Below, in pieces: positions 1-12,611 of a stretch of DNA of 64,000 bases. Below the pieces are notes generated by a model. That model was not told the DNA's origin. It saw nothing but the letters and a program-made list of their open reading frames with translations, and did not search any database. Position 1 is the stretch's first letter. The number at the start of each line of letters is the position of its first letter. Made by a program: the position numbers and the translations under genes. Source of the DNA: Eledone cirrhosa (lineage: Eukaryota); contig OZ024743.1 of the NCBI GenBank assembly GCA_964016885.1, positions 359,910,001-359,974,000 on the forward strand, in the 5' to 3' direction.

Positions 1-44
<44 letters not shown>

Positions 45-330
45 ATGTATATATGTGTATATGGATGTGTATGTATGTGTATGTGTGTACACATGGACTA
101 GAGTATGTATGTATATATGTGTGTGTCTATACGTGTGTATATAAAGATAAGTTGAGTATGAAAATGTATACACATGAGCGCGTATGTATGTACATGAATA
201 CATGTGTGTATATATATGTGTATGCATGTGTATATATATGTAAGTATGAATATGTGAATTGTGAGTATATGTATTTTGTAGAGGTGTGCAAATATATTTG
301 TTTGTGAATGCGTGGGTGAAAGGATACGTA
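1..330. repeat. (TA)n and (TATG/TG)-type low-complexity tract
   Basis: Visible directly. The ORFs here are YIYI/VCVC artefacts. Confidence 0.9.
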
Positions 331-334
331 CACT

Positions 335-882
335 TGAAAGAAAAATTTAAGTCTGAATGTTAATTAAGTGCAAACACAAAACCAACCACGCATATCTTTA
401 CTATCTCTACTATCTCTAATCCTTCTATAGATTTAGAAAAATAACCAATAATATATTCTATAAAAAATGTCAAAACAACAGATGGGAATCTAATTACTCA
501 CTGCCACCAAGAATTCTCACTGCTATCGAAAAACCACTCCTTCAACTATTCTTCTAACAACTTCACCCCTCCCTCCTAATATTCTCTATAAAAACTAAAT
601 AGGTCCTCAGTAATATTATTCTGATGAAATGGCAGTAAATAATAACATTGAAATATTGAATGTCTGCATAACTAAAAGTTTGTAGATAGCAGCTGTTTTA
701 GGTTATGTAACTGTTATAGAAACACGTGTCAATAAATTCCTTTCAACTAAACTGTATCCATTCAAATCTTTCTATTTTTCTCCGGATTACTTTTGGAACT
801 ACAACTGGAACCGTCGAGCAAACTCTACGTGAGCTGATAATCTACTGTGTGTAATATTTATATTACAACACATCGGAAAATA

Positions 883-886
<4 letters not shown>
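335..886 (+). mobile_element. Penelope-like element 3' pseudo-LTR fragment ending at (TA)n
   Basis: Contains a complete HHR followed by AATAAA and abuts (TA)n at 886-949. Confidence 0.6.
616..735 (+). ncRNA. Type-I hammerhead ribozyme with long stem II
   Basis: TTATT-CTGATGA(621-627)-A-ATGGCAGT...ACTGTTAT-A-GAAA(719-722)-CACGT-GTC^AATAA. Stem III is the palindrome ACACGTGT and stem I is TTATT/AATAA. Confidence 0.8.
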
Positions 887-949
<63 letters not shown>

Positions 950-952
<3 letters not shown>

Positions 953-2265
953 AATGAATAATGACAGGTAGACATCATAAAAAGGTAATTTATTCCGTGT
1001 CCTTACAAGTGTTTCCACGGTGGTACTACAGCCTAGTTATGCTATGTGCAAATTCACAGGTACTTGCAGAACTCAAATATCCAATGCTGTGAACACTGTT
1101 TCCTCAGAGCAGAATGGTAAAATGTACAATGTAAATACCATTAAGTGGGGTTGTTGGGGAAGATAGAGTAGAAAAGGAAGAGAGAAAAGTAGGGGAGAGG
1201 GAGAGAGAGAGAAAGATATGCAGGGATTGGAGAAGTAGGAGAGAGGGTTTGTAGATATCTTAATCAAAATGTTATGGTAGGGGTTTTATTATACTGGTTA
1301 CTTTTGGAGAGATGCGTTGATAGTTAAGGTCGGAATTATTTATTGCCCCAGAGGGCAGGTTCATAGATGTTGAGAGGGAAGTAGGCCAAAGGCGAGAGAG
1401 AGAGAGAGAGTGTAATGGATGTAGAGAGAGAGGTAGAGAGGGGACAGACGAAGTTTGGTGGTGAGTGAACTTTGGGTTTGTAGTAGTAATCTAGGAATTG
1501 CACTGAGTTACCATTTATAGTGATAAGCAGTGTATTGTCTTGTAGTGTGGGGGGAAGAGAAGGTGGTTAGCTAGAAAGCGGTGTTATAGTTACGGGTTCG
1601 AATGTTAAGTTATTTTATAGTGAGAGAATTTAGCTTTTAGTTTGTGGTTGCAGTATAATGATCGTTCAATTCTATCGTTAAGTAGTTTGTTTTTGGATTT
1701 TAATATGTAAAAGAGCTCAAGGTTACATAACCTGCAGTACTTCAATCCACACCGATATGCACTAGCGCTGGAAAGTATATCCCATTTTAAGGTGAACTGT
1801 TGGTTGTGTTCACGGAGTTGCCAGGTCTTGTTGGCGAGCGTGGTCACAAAACGGTGATTATGATGTTTGATTGAGAATCGATGACGGTACCAGCGAGATT
1901 TAAACGAGGTGGTGGTAGACCGCTATAATACCATTTCCGGTCGTTCGATTCAACCGTGCATTGGTAAACAATGTTGGACTTTAGGCATTCATTCTTCAAT
2001 GGACATCTTTCAGGTAGATGGCAGTTACATTCTTTGTTGTGGGTAGCGGGTATACCATGGATAGGTTGTGATAGCGGTACAGGTGGGTTGTGTAATACCC
2101 GTCTCCCATTTCGTGGTTGGGAGGCAGATATAGCGTTCAGCCCATCTGTTACTAAAATGTTTTGTTTTGTAGAGTTGTTTAATTGCCTTAAGTTAAGTTT
2201 TTTTATGTATGCTTCAAGGTTTGGTGCCGGGAGTATGATAGTCTAATAGTTTTAGAGTTCAATAT
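950..2265 (-). mobile_element. 5'-truncated PLE: GIY-YIG endonuclease C-terminus plus 3' pseudo-LTR, between (TA)n tracts
   Basis: ORF 1605-1847 has W.L....F.LKW.IL...Y.....CRLC.LE...LLN.R.E...CNH, a PLE endonuclease tail with CxxC...CxH. An HHR and AATAAA lie downstream. Confidence 0.8.
1000..1111 (-). ncRNA. Hammerhead ribozyme motif, stem I partly decayed
   Basis: Minus strand: CTGAGGA-A-ACAGTG...CACCGT-G-GAAA-CACTT-GTA^AGGA, then AATAAA. Confidence 0.6.
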
Positions 2266-2281
2266 AAATATATATATATAT

Positions 2282-2467
2282 AGGAACGAGTAGGACCCCA
2301 ACGGCTGAGCTCAAGCCGTTTCGACGGTTAATTCTGGACATAGCCGTCGAAACGGCTTGAGCTTAGCGGTCGGGGTCCTACTCGTTCATATTACCCACTC
2401 TACTACCCTAAGTCTAGAGTACTTTGGTGCATAACGTTCCACCTGGTTCCTTACCACATTTCCTTCG

Positions 2468-2469
<2 letters not shown>
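2282..2469. mobile_element. Fold-back PLE-end element carrying the 3' half of an HHR
   Basis: Inverted repeat 2284-2387 plus a unique tail, flanked by (TA)n. Relatives at 45231-45334 and 63140-63275. Confidence 0.6.
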
Positions 2470-2539
<70 letters not shown>

Positions 2540-3370
2540 TTATGGGAGAAAACAAATTATTAATATATATATATATATATTAATAATTTGTTTTCTCCCA
2601 TAAATAAATACTACAGTAGATTTGTACTATTTCTAGTTTTCTAATAAGCAACACACTTCTCTCTTTTTGCTTTATATAACACAGTTTGAGCCACATGACG
2701 TTAATATGTAACTAACTCTTTCAATGAATGGCATATCTTTTAATGAATCAGTATAAGGTTCTTTATCTAATAGTTTATAGTATTTTGTACTTAAAGCAAT
2801 ACTCTTTTATAGAGTAATTCATTATCAACCTACACGCATGACTAAAGTTAAAACCGGTTTCAGCATTATCGTTTTGGATATATTTTCATAGACACTGCAT
2901 GCATATCAGAATTAACGCCATACTGATCTTTCTTAAAGCGTTGTTTTCTCTATGATAGAAGCATAGTTAATAAGTAAGCGTGCATTTGATATTCCTATGT
3001 AATATAAATTATTTTTTTAGATCTGCTTTTATTTACAACTAATCGCTTGCTGTGGAAAACACAATGACCTTTATAAACAATTATTTAAATACCACGCATG
3101 TGCTTTTCCTGATAAAAGTGACATTCTTATTTTTTAAATCTCTTCAAACATTATTTCATTTCTTATTGCTGAACATTTTCAGGCTTATTTAACACAATTA
3201 AATAACTGCTTTGTATTTGCATCCCCTGAGATGAATTACATTTCTTTGTATTTGTTTAAAAAAAACTTTAAAAAAAACCTTTAAATGTTTTACTGTATTG
3301 TCTATGATTCTTGTGTTTCTTAGGGACACTTATATTCCGAATACTGGAGAAGCATTATTATTATATATTG

Positions 3371-3560
3371 AGGGCGGTGAATCGGCAGTATCGGTAGAGG
3401 GTTGGATTATGCTTTCCAGCATAGTTACGTCCCTTCACGATCTGAGTTCAATTCCCGCCGAGGTTAACTTTATCTTTCATCCTTACGGGGTCGATAAAAT
3501 AAAGTACCAGTAATGTACTGGGATAATTGCTGGCCTTGTGCCAAAAAGTAGAAACAATTA
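3371..3560 (+). mobile_element. tRNA-derived SINE (cephalopod-type)
   Basis: A-box-like CGGCAGTATCGG, B-box GAGTTCAATTCCC and body CCGAGGTTAACTTT..CTTTCATCCTT..GGGGTCGATAAAATAAAGTACCAGT. Several copies in the window. Confidence 0.85.
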
Positions 3561-3725
3561 TTATATATTAATATTGAAGTAGAAACGCGTGTAGACATTA
3601 TTAAAATGATTTGAAATACCTCTTTGGGTGTCAATTGATTTAAAAAAAATTATGCCCTGTATTTTTTTTAATTGGATAATATATCAAGATTTTTCTTCGC
3701 ATTTGGCAAGCAACTGGTATTATAT

Positions 3726-3838
3726 ATATTTATTAAAATAACAGATTAAAGTTTAAGCAAAGAATCGGTGAGTTTCAGAAGATCCCGTGAAAGCAGCGAT
3801 TCTTTGCTTAAAATTTAATCTGTTATTTTAATAAATAT
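3726..3838. repeat. Inverted repeat with ~42-bp arms; related sequence at 63061-63121
   Basis: ATATTTATTAAAATAACAGATTAAAGTTTAAGCAAAGAATCG and its near reverse complement. Confidence 0.8.
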
Positions 3839-3952
3839 TTGCTCTATGGTTTTTATATATTTGATATATATTTATCTCTATCGAGCCCTCTTTCGATTTT
3901 ATTCTTGACATTTATTATTATTATTATATATATATATAGTATATATATGATA

Positions 3953-5146
<1,194 letters not shown>

Positions 5147-5187
5147 ATATATATATGACTAGAACTGTTTCATTCGAATGAGACAGT

Positions 5188-5276
<89 letters not shown>

Positions 5277-5309
5277 ATATATATATATATATATATATAA
5301 ATATATATA

Positions 5310-6497
5310 TAATGAAAAATTGAACAGGGACAGAACAGAGAGGCAGTACGACAAATGTTTATTAAATTCACGCTCAGGAGAGTGGGGGGTAGGTGGAGGA
5401 CGACGTTTCGGGCATAAGCCCTTCTTCAGGTGAGAGTTCAAAAGGTGTGTAGGGGAGTGGTCGAGAGACATATAGCGAAAGGAAACGGTGCGAATGAAAA
5501 ATTAACAAATAAAGACAAAAATATAATAAATAATAAATAAAAATAAAGCATGATCAAAATACAAGGAATGAGAACATTTAAAAATAAAGGCATGATCAAA
5601 ATAAACTGAAATTAAAAGGGGCGTAAACAGGTGGTGGAAGGGTGTGGGGTGAGTAGAGGTGGAGGTGGGTGGAGTGGGGAGAGGGAGACGGGGTGTCCGA
5701 GCGGGGAGGGCTGAAGGTGGTGTGTGTGGTTAGGTGTGCGTGTGTGTGTGTGTGAAAGTGAGGGTTGGGGGAAGAACGGGGTTGCATGTTCAGGAAGTGT
5801 GTGTGGGGGGTGTTTTTGTGTGTCGGAGGGTCTGTGCGTGTGTGGATAGGGGGGTGGGGGAGAGGAATCAGGGGGCTGAGGGTGTAAATATGTGGTGGGA
5901 AGCACGTGTGTGTGGTTTAAGCGTGTTGTGGGTGTGGGTGGCGTGTGGATAAAAAAAATTGTTTTGGGATGTGTGTGTGGGTGAGTTATATAGGTGATGG
6001 TGTTAGAGGATGGTTGAAAGTGGTAAGTTACACGGATGTATGGAGATTTTGGTTGGAAGTCGAACGCGTGTGGGTAATCCAAGAATCGGTGGTCGGAAGA
6101 GGAGAGATGTGGGGTGCGCGCGCAACAGGAAGTGGTCAGCAGTGGAAGTGCTGTGGTCAGTTGGTGCTGAGACAGTGGTCGGAAGGGCATAGCAGCAGTC
6201 AGCGGAATGGTAGGGAGGCGAGGATGGGTAGGTGTGAGAGTTGGAGTGAGGAGGGTGTGTGTGTGTGTGTGTGTGTATTAGTAGGGGTGTTAGTGGGATG
6301 AGTGAGTGTGGAGTGGGGAGAGAAGGGTGTGTGTGGTTCTATGGAGGGAGTGTGGTGTACTTGTGTGTGTGTAGTTTGGTGAGGAGGTGTTAGTGGGTGT
6401 TAGTAGACGGGAGGTGGGGAGGGGTGGAATGCAGGTGTGAGTGGGGGTTAGTGGGGGTAGGGTGTGTAGAGTTGGTGGTGTGTAGAGTTGGTGGTGT
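5310..6497 (-). mobile_element. PLE 3' UTR/pseudo-LTR (C/A-rich on the sense strand) between (TA)n tracts
   Basis: Minus-strand HHR core followed by AATAAA, with strong strand asymmetry. Confidence 0.6.
5400..5432 (-). ncRNA. Minimal PLE-type hammerhead motif
   Basis: CTGAAGA-A-GGGC-TTAT-GCCC-GAAA-CGTC. Stem I is only about 2 bp. Confidence 0.65.
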
Positions 6498-6499
6498 AA

Positions 6500-6537
<38 letters not shown>

Positions 6538-6654
6538 ATAAATTGAAATAAAATGAAAACGAAATTTCATTTCTCACTCTTAGTATGGTACTTACTTAAA
6601 TGTAAGTATGCATGTATACGTACATACATATATGTATACAGACGTACAGTAGCA

Positions 6655-6703
<49 letters not shown>

Positions 6704-6857
6704 GCATACAGGTACACATACATATATGCCCGTATCAGTTTAGCGGACGCTTATTATAACGCCGCTTTGTTCGTTTGTAAACAAACTGAACAGCCTGAAT
6801 TTATGCCATACGGTGTTAAGGCAACCACGTCACCTTTTTGTTCAACACTGACACAGG

Positions 6858-6902
6858 AACGATGTACTAGTTTCAAGCTTGTTAGCTATCATCAGCACCG
6901 TT
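6858..6902 (-). ncRNA. Type-I hammerhead ribozyme, family 1
   Basis: Reverse complement of AACGGTG-CTGATGA-TAGCT-AACA-AGCTT-GAAA-CTA-GTA^CATCGTT. Confidence 0.85.
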
Positions 6903-7137
6903 TACCCATCTGCCAGATAGTTGAACGTTCGAAAGTATATACTTTCCTTATGAAAATTAACGGCTGAGCAGCCTAATTTGCATATTGAGTGAGTTAAATC
7001 GGTCAGGTATACCGAAAACGATAAATTGAAATAAAATGAAAACGAAATTTCATTTCTCACTCTTAGAATGGCACTTACTTAAATGTAAGTATGCATGTAT
7101 ACGTACATACACATATGTATACAGACGTACAGTAGCA

Positions 7138-7171
<34 letters not shown>

Positions 7172-7328
7172 TAAGCATACAGGTACAGATACATATATGC
7201 ACGTATCAGTTTAGCGGACGCTTATTATAACGCCGCTTTGTTCGTTTGTAAACAAACTGAACAGCCTGAATTTATGCCATACGGTGTTAAGGCAACCACG
7301 TCACCTTTTTGTTCAACACTGACACAGG

Positions 7329-7373
7329 ATCGATGAACTAGTTTCAAGCTTGCTAGCTATCATCAGCACCGTT
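7329..7373 (-). ncRNA. Type-I hammerhead ribozyme, family 1, GUU-triplet variant
   Basis: Same fold with substitutions at the cleavage site, loop II and the end of stem I. Confidence 0.7.
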
Positions 7374-7494
7374 TACCCATCTGCCAGATAGTTGAACGTT
7401 CGAAAGTATATACTTTCCTTATACGGCTGCTAGCCGTTAATTTTCATAAGGAAAGTATATAATTTCGAAAGTTCAACTATCTGGCAGATGGGTA

Positions 7495-7539
7495 AACGGT
7501 GCTGATGATAGCTAACAAGCTGGAAACTAGTACATCGTT
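7495..7539 (+). ncRNA. Type-I hammerhead ribozyme, family 1
   Basis: CTGATGA 7502-7508, GAAA 7523-7526, palindromic ACTAGT stem III, predicted cleavage after GUA at 7532. Confidence 0.85.
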
Positions 7540-7693
7540 CCTGTGTCAGTGTTGAACAAAAAGGTGACGTGGTTGGCTTAACACCGTATGGCATAAATTC
7601 AGGCTGTTCAGTTTGTTTACAAACGAACAAAGCGGCGTTATAATAAGCGTCCGCTAAACTGATACGTGCATATATGTATGTGTACCTGTATGC

Positions 7694-7801
<108 letters not shown>

Positions 7802-8039
7802 GCATGCTACTGTACGTCTGTATACATATATGTATGTACGTATACATGCATACTTACATTTAAGTAAGTGCCATACTAAGAGTGAGAAATGAAATTTCGT
7901 TTTCATTTTATTTCAATTTATCGTTTTCGGTATGCCTGACCGATTTAACTCACTCAATACGCAAATTAGGCTGCTCAGCCGTTAATTTTCATAAGGAAAG
8001 TATATACTTTCAAACGTTCAACTATCTGGCAGATGGGTA

Positions 8040-8084
8040 AACGGTGCTGATGATAGCTAACAAGCTTGAAACTAGTACATCGTT
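8040..8084 (+). ncRNA. Type-I hammerhead ribozyme, family 1
   Basis: AACGGTG CTGATGA TAGCT AACA AGCTT GAAA CTAGTA CATCGTT. Confidence 0.87.
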
Positions 8085-8238
8085 CCTGTGTCAGTGTTGA
8101 ACAAAAAGGTGACGTGGTTGCCTTAACACCGTATGGCATAAATTCAGGCTGTTCAGTTTGTTTACAAACGAACAAAGCGGCGTTATAATAAGCGTCCGCT
8201 AAACTGATACGTGCATATATGTATGTGTACCTGTATGC

Positions 8239-8309
<71 letters not shown>

Positions 8310-8463
8310 TGCTACTGTACGTCTGTATACATATATGTATGTACGTATACATGCATACTTACATTTAAGTAAGTGCCATACTAAGAGTGAGAAATGAAAT
8401 TTCGTTTTCATTTTATTTCAATTTATCGTTTTCGGTATGCCTGACCGATTTAACTCACTCAAT

Positions 8464-8512
8464 ATGCAAATTAGGCTGCTCAGCCGTTAATTTTCATAAG
8501 GAAAGTATATAC
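8464..8512 (+). promoter_or_regulatory. Octamer + PSE-like element + TATATA (candidate snRNA-type promoter), repeated in most monomers
   Basis: ATGCAAAT at 8464, 8991, 9496, 9983 and 6976 (minus), with a mutant at 7958. It is followed after 8 nt by TCAGCCGTTAATTTTCATAAGGAAAG and then TATATA. Confidence 0.5.
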
Positions 8513-8544
8513 TTTCGAACGTTCAACTATCTGGCAGATGGGTA

Positions 8545-8589
8545 AACGCTGCTGATGATAGCTAACAAGCTTGAAACTAGTACATCGTT
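8545..8589 (+). ncRNA. Type-I hammerhead ribozyme, family 1, one stem-I mismatch
   Basis: Core 8552-8558. The 5' strand of stem I is AACGCTG. Confidence 0.8.
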
Positions 8590-8743
8590 CCTGTGTCAGT
8601 GTTGAACAAAAAGGTGACGTGGTTGCCTTAACACCGTATGGCATAAATTCAGGCTGTTCAGTTTGTTTACAAAAGAACAAAGCGGCGTTATAATAAGCGT
8701 CCGCTAAACTGATACGTGCATATATGTATGTGTACCTGTATGC

Positions 8744-8836
<93 letters not shown>

Positions 8837-9071
8837 TGCTACTGTACGTCTGTATACACATATGTATGTACGTATACATGCATACTTACATTTAAGTAAG
8901 TGCCATACTAAGAGTGAGAAATGAAATTTCGTTTTCATTTTATTTCAATTTATCGTTTTCGGTATGCCGGACCGATTTAACTCACTCAATATGCAAATTA
9001 GGCTGCTGAGCCGTTAATTTTCATAAGGAAAGTATATACTTTCGAACGTTCAACTATCTAGCAGATGGGTA

Positions 9072-9116
9072 AACGGTGCTGATGATAGCTAACAAGCTGG
9101 AAACTAGTACATCGTT
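9072..9116 (+). ncRNA. Type-I hammerhead ribozyme, family 1
   Basis: Core 9079-9085, same fold. Confidence 0.85.
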
Positions 9117-9270
9117 CCTGTGTCAGTGTTGAACAAAAAGGTGACGTGGTTGCCTTAACACCGTATGGCATAAATTCATGCTGTTAAGTTTGTTTACAAA
9201 CGAACAAAGCGGCGTTATAATAAGCGTCCGCTAAACTGATACGTGCATATATGTATGTGTACCTGTATGC

Positions 9271-9341
<71 letters not shown>

Positions 9342-9576
9342 TGCTACTGTACGTCTGTATACATATATGTATGTACGTATACATGCATACTTACATTTAA
9401 GTAAGTGCCATACTAAGAGTGAGAAATGAAATTTCGTTTTCATTTTATTTCAATTTATCGTTTTCGGTATGCCTGACCGATTTAACTCACTCAATATGCA
9501 AATTAGGCTGCTCAGCCGTTAATTTTCATAAGGAAAGTATATACTTTCAAACGTTCAACTATCTGGCAGATGGGTA

Positions 9577-9621
9577 AACGGTGCTGATGATAGCTAACAA
9601 GCTTGAAACTAGTACATCGTT
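9577..9621 (+). ncRNA. Type-I hammerhead ribozyme, family 1
   Basis: Core 9584-9590, same fold. Confidence 0.85.
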
Positions 9622-9772
9622 CCTGTGTCAGTGTTGAACAAAAAGGTGACGTGGTTGCCTTAACACCGTATGGCATAAATTCAGGCTGTTCAGTTTGTTT
9701 ACAAACGAACAAAGCGGCGTTATAATAAGCGTCCGCTAAACTGATACGTGCATATATGTATGTGTACCTGTA

Positions 9773-9828
<56 letters not shown>

Positions 9829-10063
9829 TGCTACTGTACGTCTGTATACATATATGCATGTACGTATACATGCATACTTACATTTAAGTAAGTGCCATAC
9901 TAAGAGTGAGAAATGAAATTTCGTTTTCATTTTATTTCAATTTATCGTTTTCGGTATGCCTGACCGATTTAACTCACTCAATATGCAAATTAGGCTGCTC
10001 AGCCGTTAATTTTCATAAGGAAAGTATATACTTTCGAACGTTCAACTATCTGGCAGATGGGTA

Positions 10064-10108
10064 AACGGTGCTGATGATAGCTAACAAGCTTGAAACTAGT
10101 ACATCGTT
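10064..10108 (+). ncRNA. Type-I hammerhead ribozyme, family 1
   Basis: Core 10071-10077, same fold. Confidence 0.85.
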
Positions 10109-10262
10109 CCTGTGTCAGTGTTGAACAAAAAGGTGACGTGGTTGCCTTAACACCGTATGGCATAAATTCAGGCTGTTCAGTTTGTTTACAAATGAACAAA
10201 GCGGCGTTATAATAAGCGTCCGCTAAACTGATACGTGCATATATGTATGTGTACCTGTATGC

Positions 10263-10302
<40 letters not shown>

Positions 10303-10347
10303 GCTACTGTACGTCTGTATACATATATGTATGTACGTATACATGCA

Positions 10348-10390
<43 letters not shown>

Positions 10391-10393
<3 letters not shown>

Positions 10394-11825
10394 ACTGTTT
10401 CATTCGAATCAACATCACTGTTTCATTCCGAATCAACATCACGGAACAGGGAAGGATCCACTGCAACTTCTACCGAATGGCAGCCTGCAAGGACCTGTTC
10501 GTTCACTACAAGTCCGCCCTCCCTAACAGTGCCAAAAGAGGATGCATCACGAACGAGATCGCGCGAATCAAAAACAGATGCAGCGATCCCGCGAGTGATG
10601 TCACTCATACCAAGCGATTCCTCGAGGTGCTGGAGACGAACGGGTACTCTACCTCGATCACAGACAGAATAGGAGACACCAGACGCAAAAGACAGAGAGG
10701 CACCCAAGGCAAGTGCCTCCTTAAAATGTCACACCTGGGCGAGAATACCACCAACGCTATCCGCAAGGCTATACGGAGGGAGGGCCTCGACATCCACCTG
10801 GCCCACTCGGGCCCCTCCCTGCGAAGATGCCTCTCCAAGAAACCCGGGAAATCTACTGACGCATGCTCCCTCAGAGACTGCCCGATACGCCATGCGAACT
10901 GTTGCCTACGCACATACGTCGTGTATGAGATAGAATGTGACAAGTGCAACCAATACTACATAGGTAGCACAATCCGACCTTTGCACATCCTTATCAAGTA
11001 ACACACTAAAACCAGGGCCTCACCTTTCCGGAAAAACATAGACAAATGCGGAAACAAAGACGGAAGGCCCATTGTCACAATTCTAGCGACTGAAAGAAAC
11101 GTCGGCACGTTACGTATCAAGGAAGCCCTTTTTATCAAACGCCTGCAACCGCAAATAAACAACCGATCAGAGAGAAGCGAAATGAGATGGCTGGTTTAAG
11201 CTAACAAACGATGCAGCAACACACGCACACACACAAACAAACGAGACAACAACACACGCACACGCACACACACACAGTAGCATTCCACCATACGAACATA
11301 CTACACTGCCAATACAGAGGAACACGGCAACAACACACGCAAACACACACACACTCAAGCGAGACAACAATACACGCACACGCACACACAGTAACATTTA
11401 ACATTTAACAGAGACTGGACTGACAGCTAGCGCCACCCCACTGCCTCATTCGGCCGCTGACCTCTGCCCGACCGACCCCATTTCACTCTGCCGAATACCT
11501 CAGATATTCAAAACAACAAACAGCGGAGGACGCGTTTCGCACCTGTCCGACAGACTACATTTCCCCCACCCCAGAAAAACCCCCAGTTGATGGATGTGAA
11601 TCCGAAATATATAGGGACTATTAAATCTCTCCTAAGGTAACTCTCTCTCGTGTTGTTATTTTTATTTTATCCTTTATACTCTTTCCTTCATTCTTCTACA
11701 CATCTCATACACACCACACATCTCAACGTACACCCACTTACATCTCTCTCTCCACCACCTGATCTTGTTACCCGGAGATTTACCCATTTGCATTGTCGAG
11801 GCTTCCAAACGACTTAAAGATATTT
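10391..11825 (+). mobile_element. 5'-truncated PLE: RT thumb, GIY-YIG endonuclease (in-frame stop at 10999), 3' UTR and decayed HHR (11581-11616)
   Basis: [10 protein letters not shown]...[33 protein letters not shown]. The frame continues past the TAA to IKEALFIKRLQPQIN. HHR relic: CCC-CAGTTGA-TGGAT-GTGA-ATCC-GAAA-TATATA-GGG. Confidence 0.88.
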
Positions 11826-12611
11826 ATATATATATATATATGTGTGTGTATGTGTATGTGTATGTGTGTTTGTGCGTATGTGTGTGCGTGTATCTTTGTG
11901 TGGGTGGGTGTGTGTATGTGTGTGTAGGTGTGTAGGTGTGTGTCGGTGTATGTATGTATTATATTATACATCAAATACATATCAAATACATATACGATAA
12001 ATACATATCTGTACATATTCCGTGTGCAGAGTTAAGTAAGATAGCACGAAGTTATACATAAATATACACAACATGTGTTTAGACATGAAAAACATGTTAG
12101 ACACACGTATTTCCATGTATGTAGAATTCAAAAAAGGTTCTTAATACCGTTAATCGAATTCCGATTCTTATTCCGGTTTCATCGTAGTGTTCTGAAACAA
12201 CCCCAAAGAAACACGTATCTGACGGCATATCAAATGTAGCCGTAACTATGATATAAAGATACTAATTTCCATATTATTAGTGCTTATGTAGTAGATGTTG
12301 GTGTACTAAGTAGCTTAAAGATACGATATATACATATCTGTACATATACAGTACATGGTTACCCGACAGAGCATTAACTCATTGATTATATAAATATATA
12401 AATATATCAAATTTACATATCGTTTCGTAGATGTTCCACCTAGACAGGTTTTGAGATAGCATCAATATAATTTCATTCTTCTATTGTTTCATGTGATTAT
12501 GTTAAGACTGCATTTCTTTATTTATTGACAATATAAGGTCGGGATTTTTTGCATACTTTGTCCATCACAGACAGATCCAGCTGCACACGCATACATGACT
12601 TTTATATAAAT

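Noticed and set aside
41-333. YIYI/VCVC/HTHT ORFs here and throughout the window
   Set aside because: They are translations of dinucleotide microsatellites.
3371-3460. tRNA genes (also 18196-18260)
   Set aside because: The A/B boxes continue into SINE bodies and no complete cloverleaf is evident.
5596-6301. Pro/His-rich ORFs
   Set aside because: They come from a G/T-skewed low-complexity PLE UTR and have no motifs.
10999-11001. Recoded stop (selenocysteine-type) in the PLE endonuclease
   Set aside because: The codon is TAA at a conserved Glu position (RIKEH-like motif), so it is a simple nonsense mutation.
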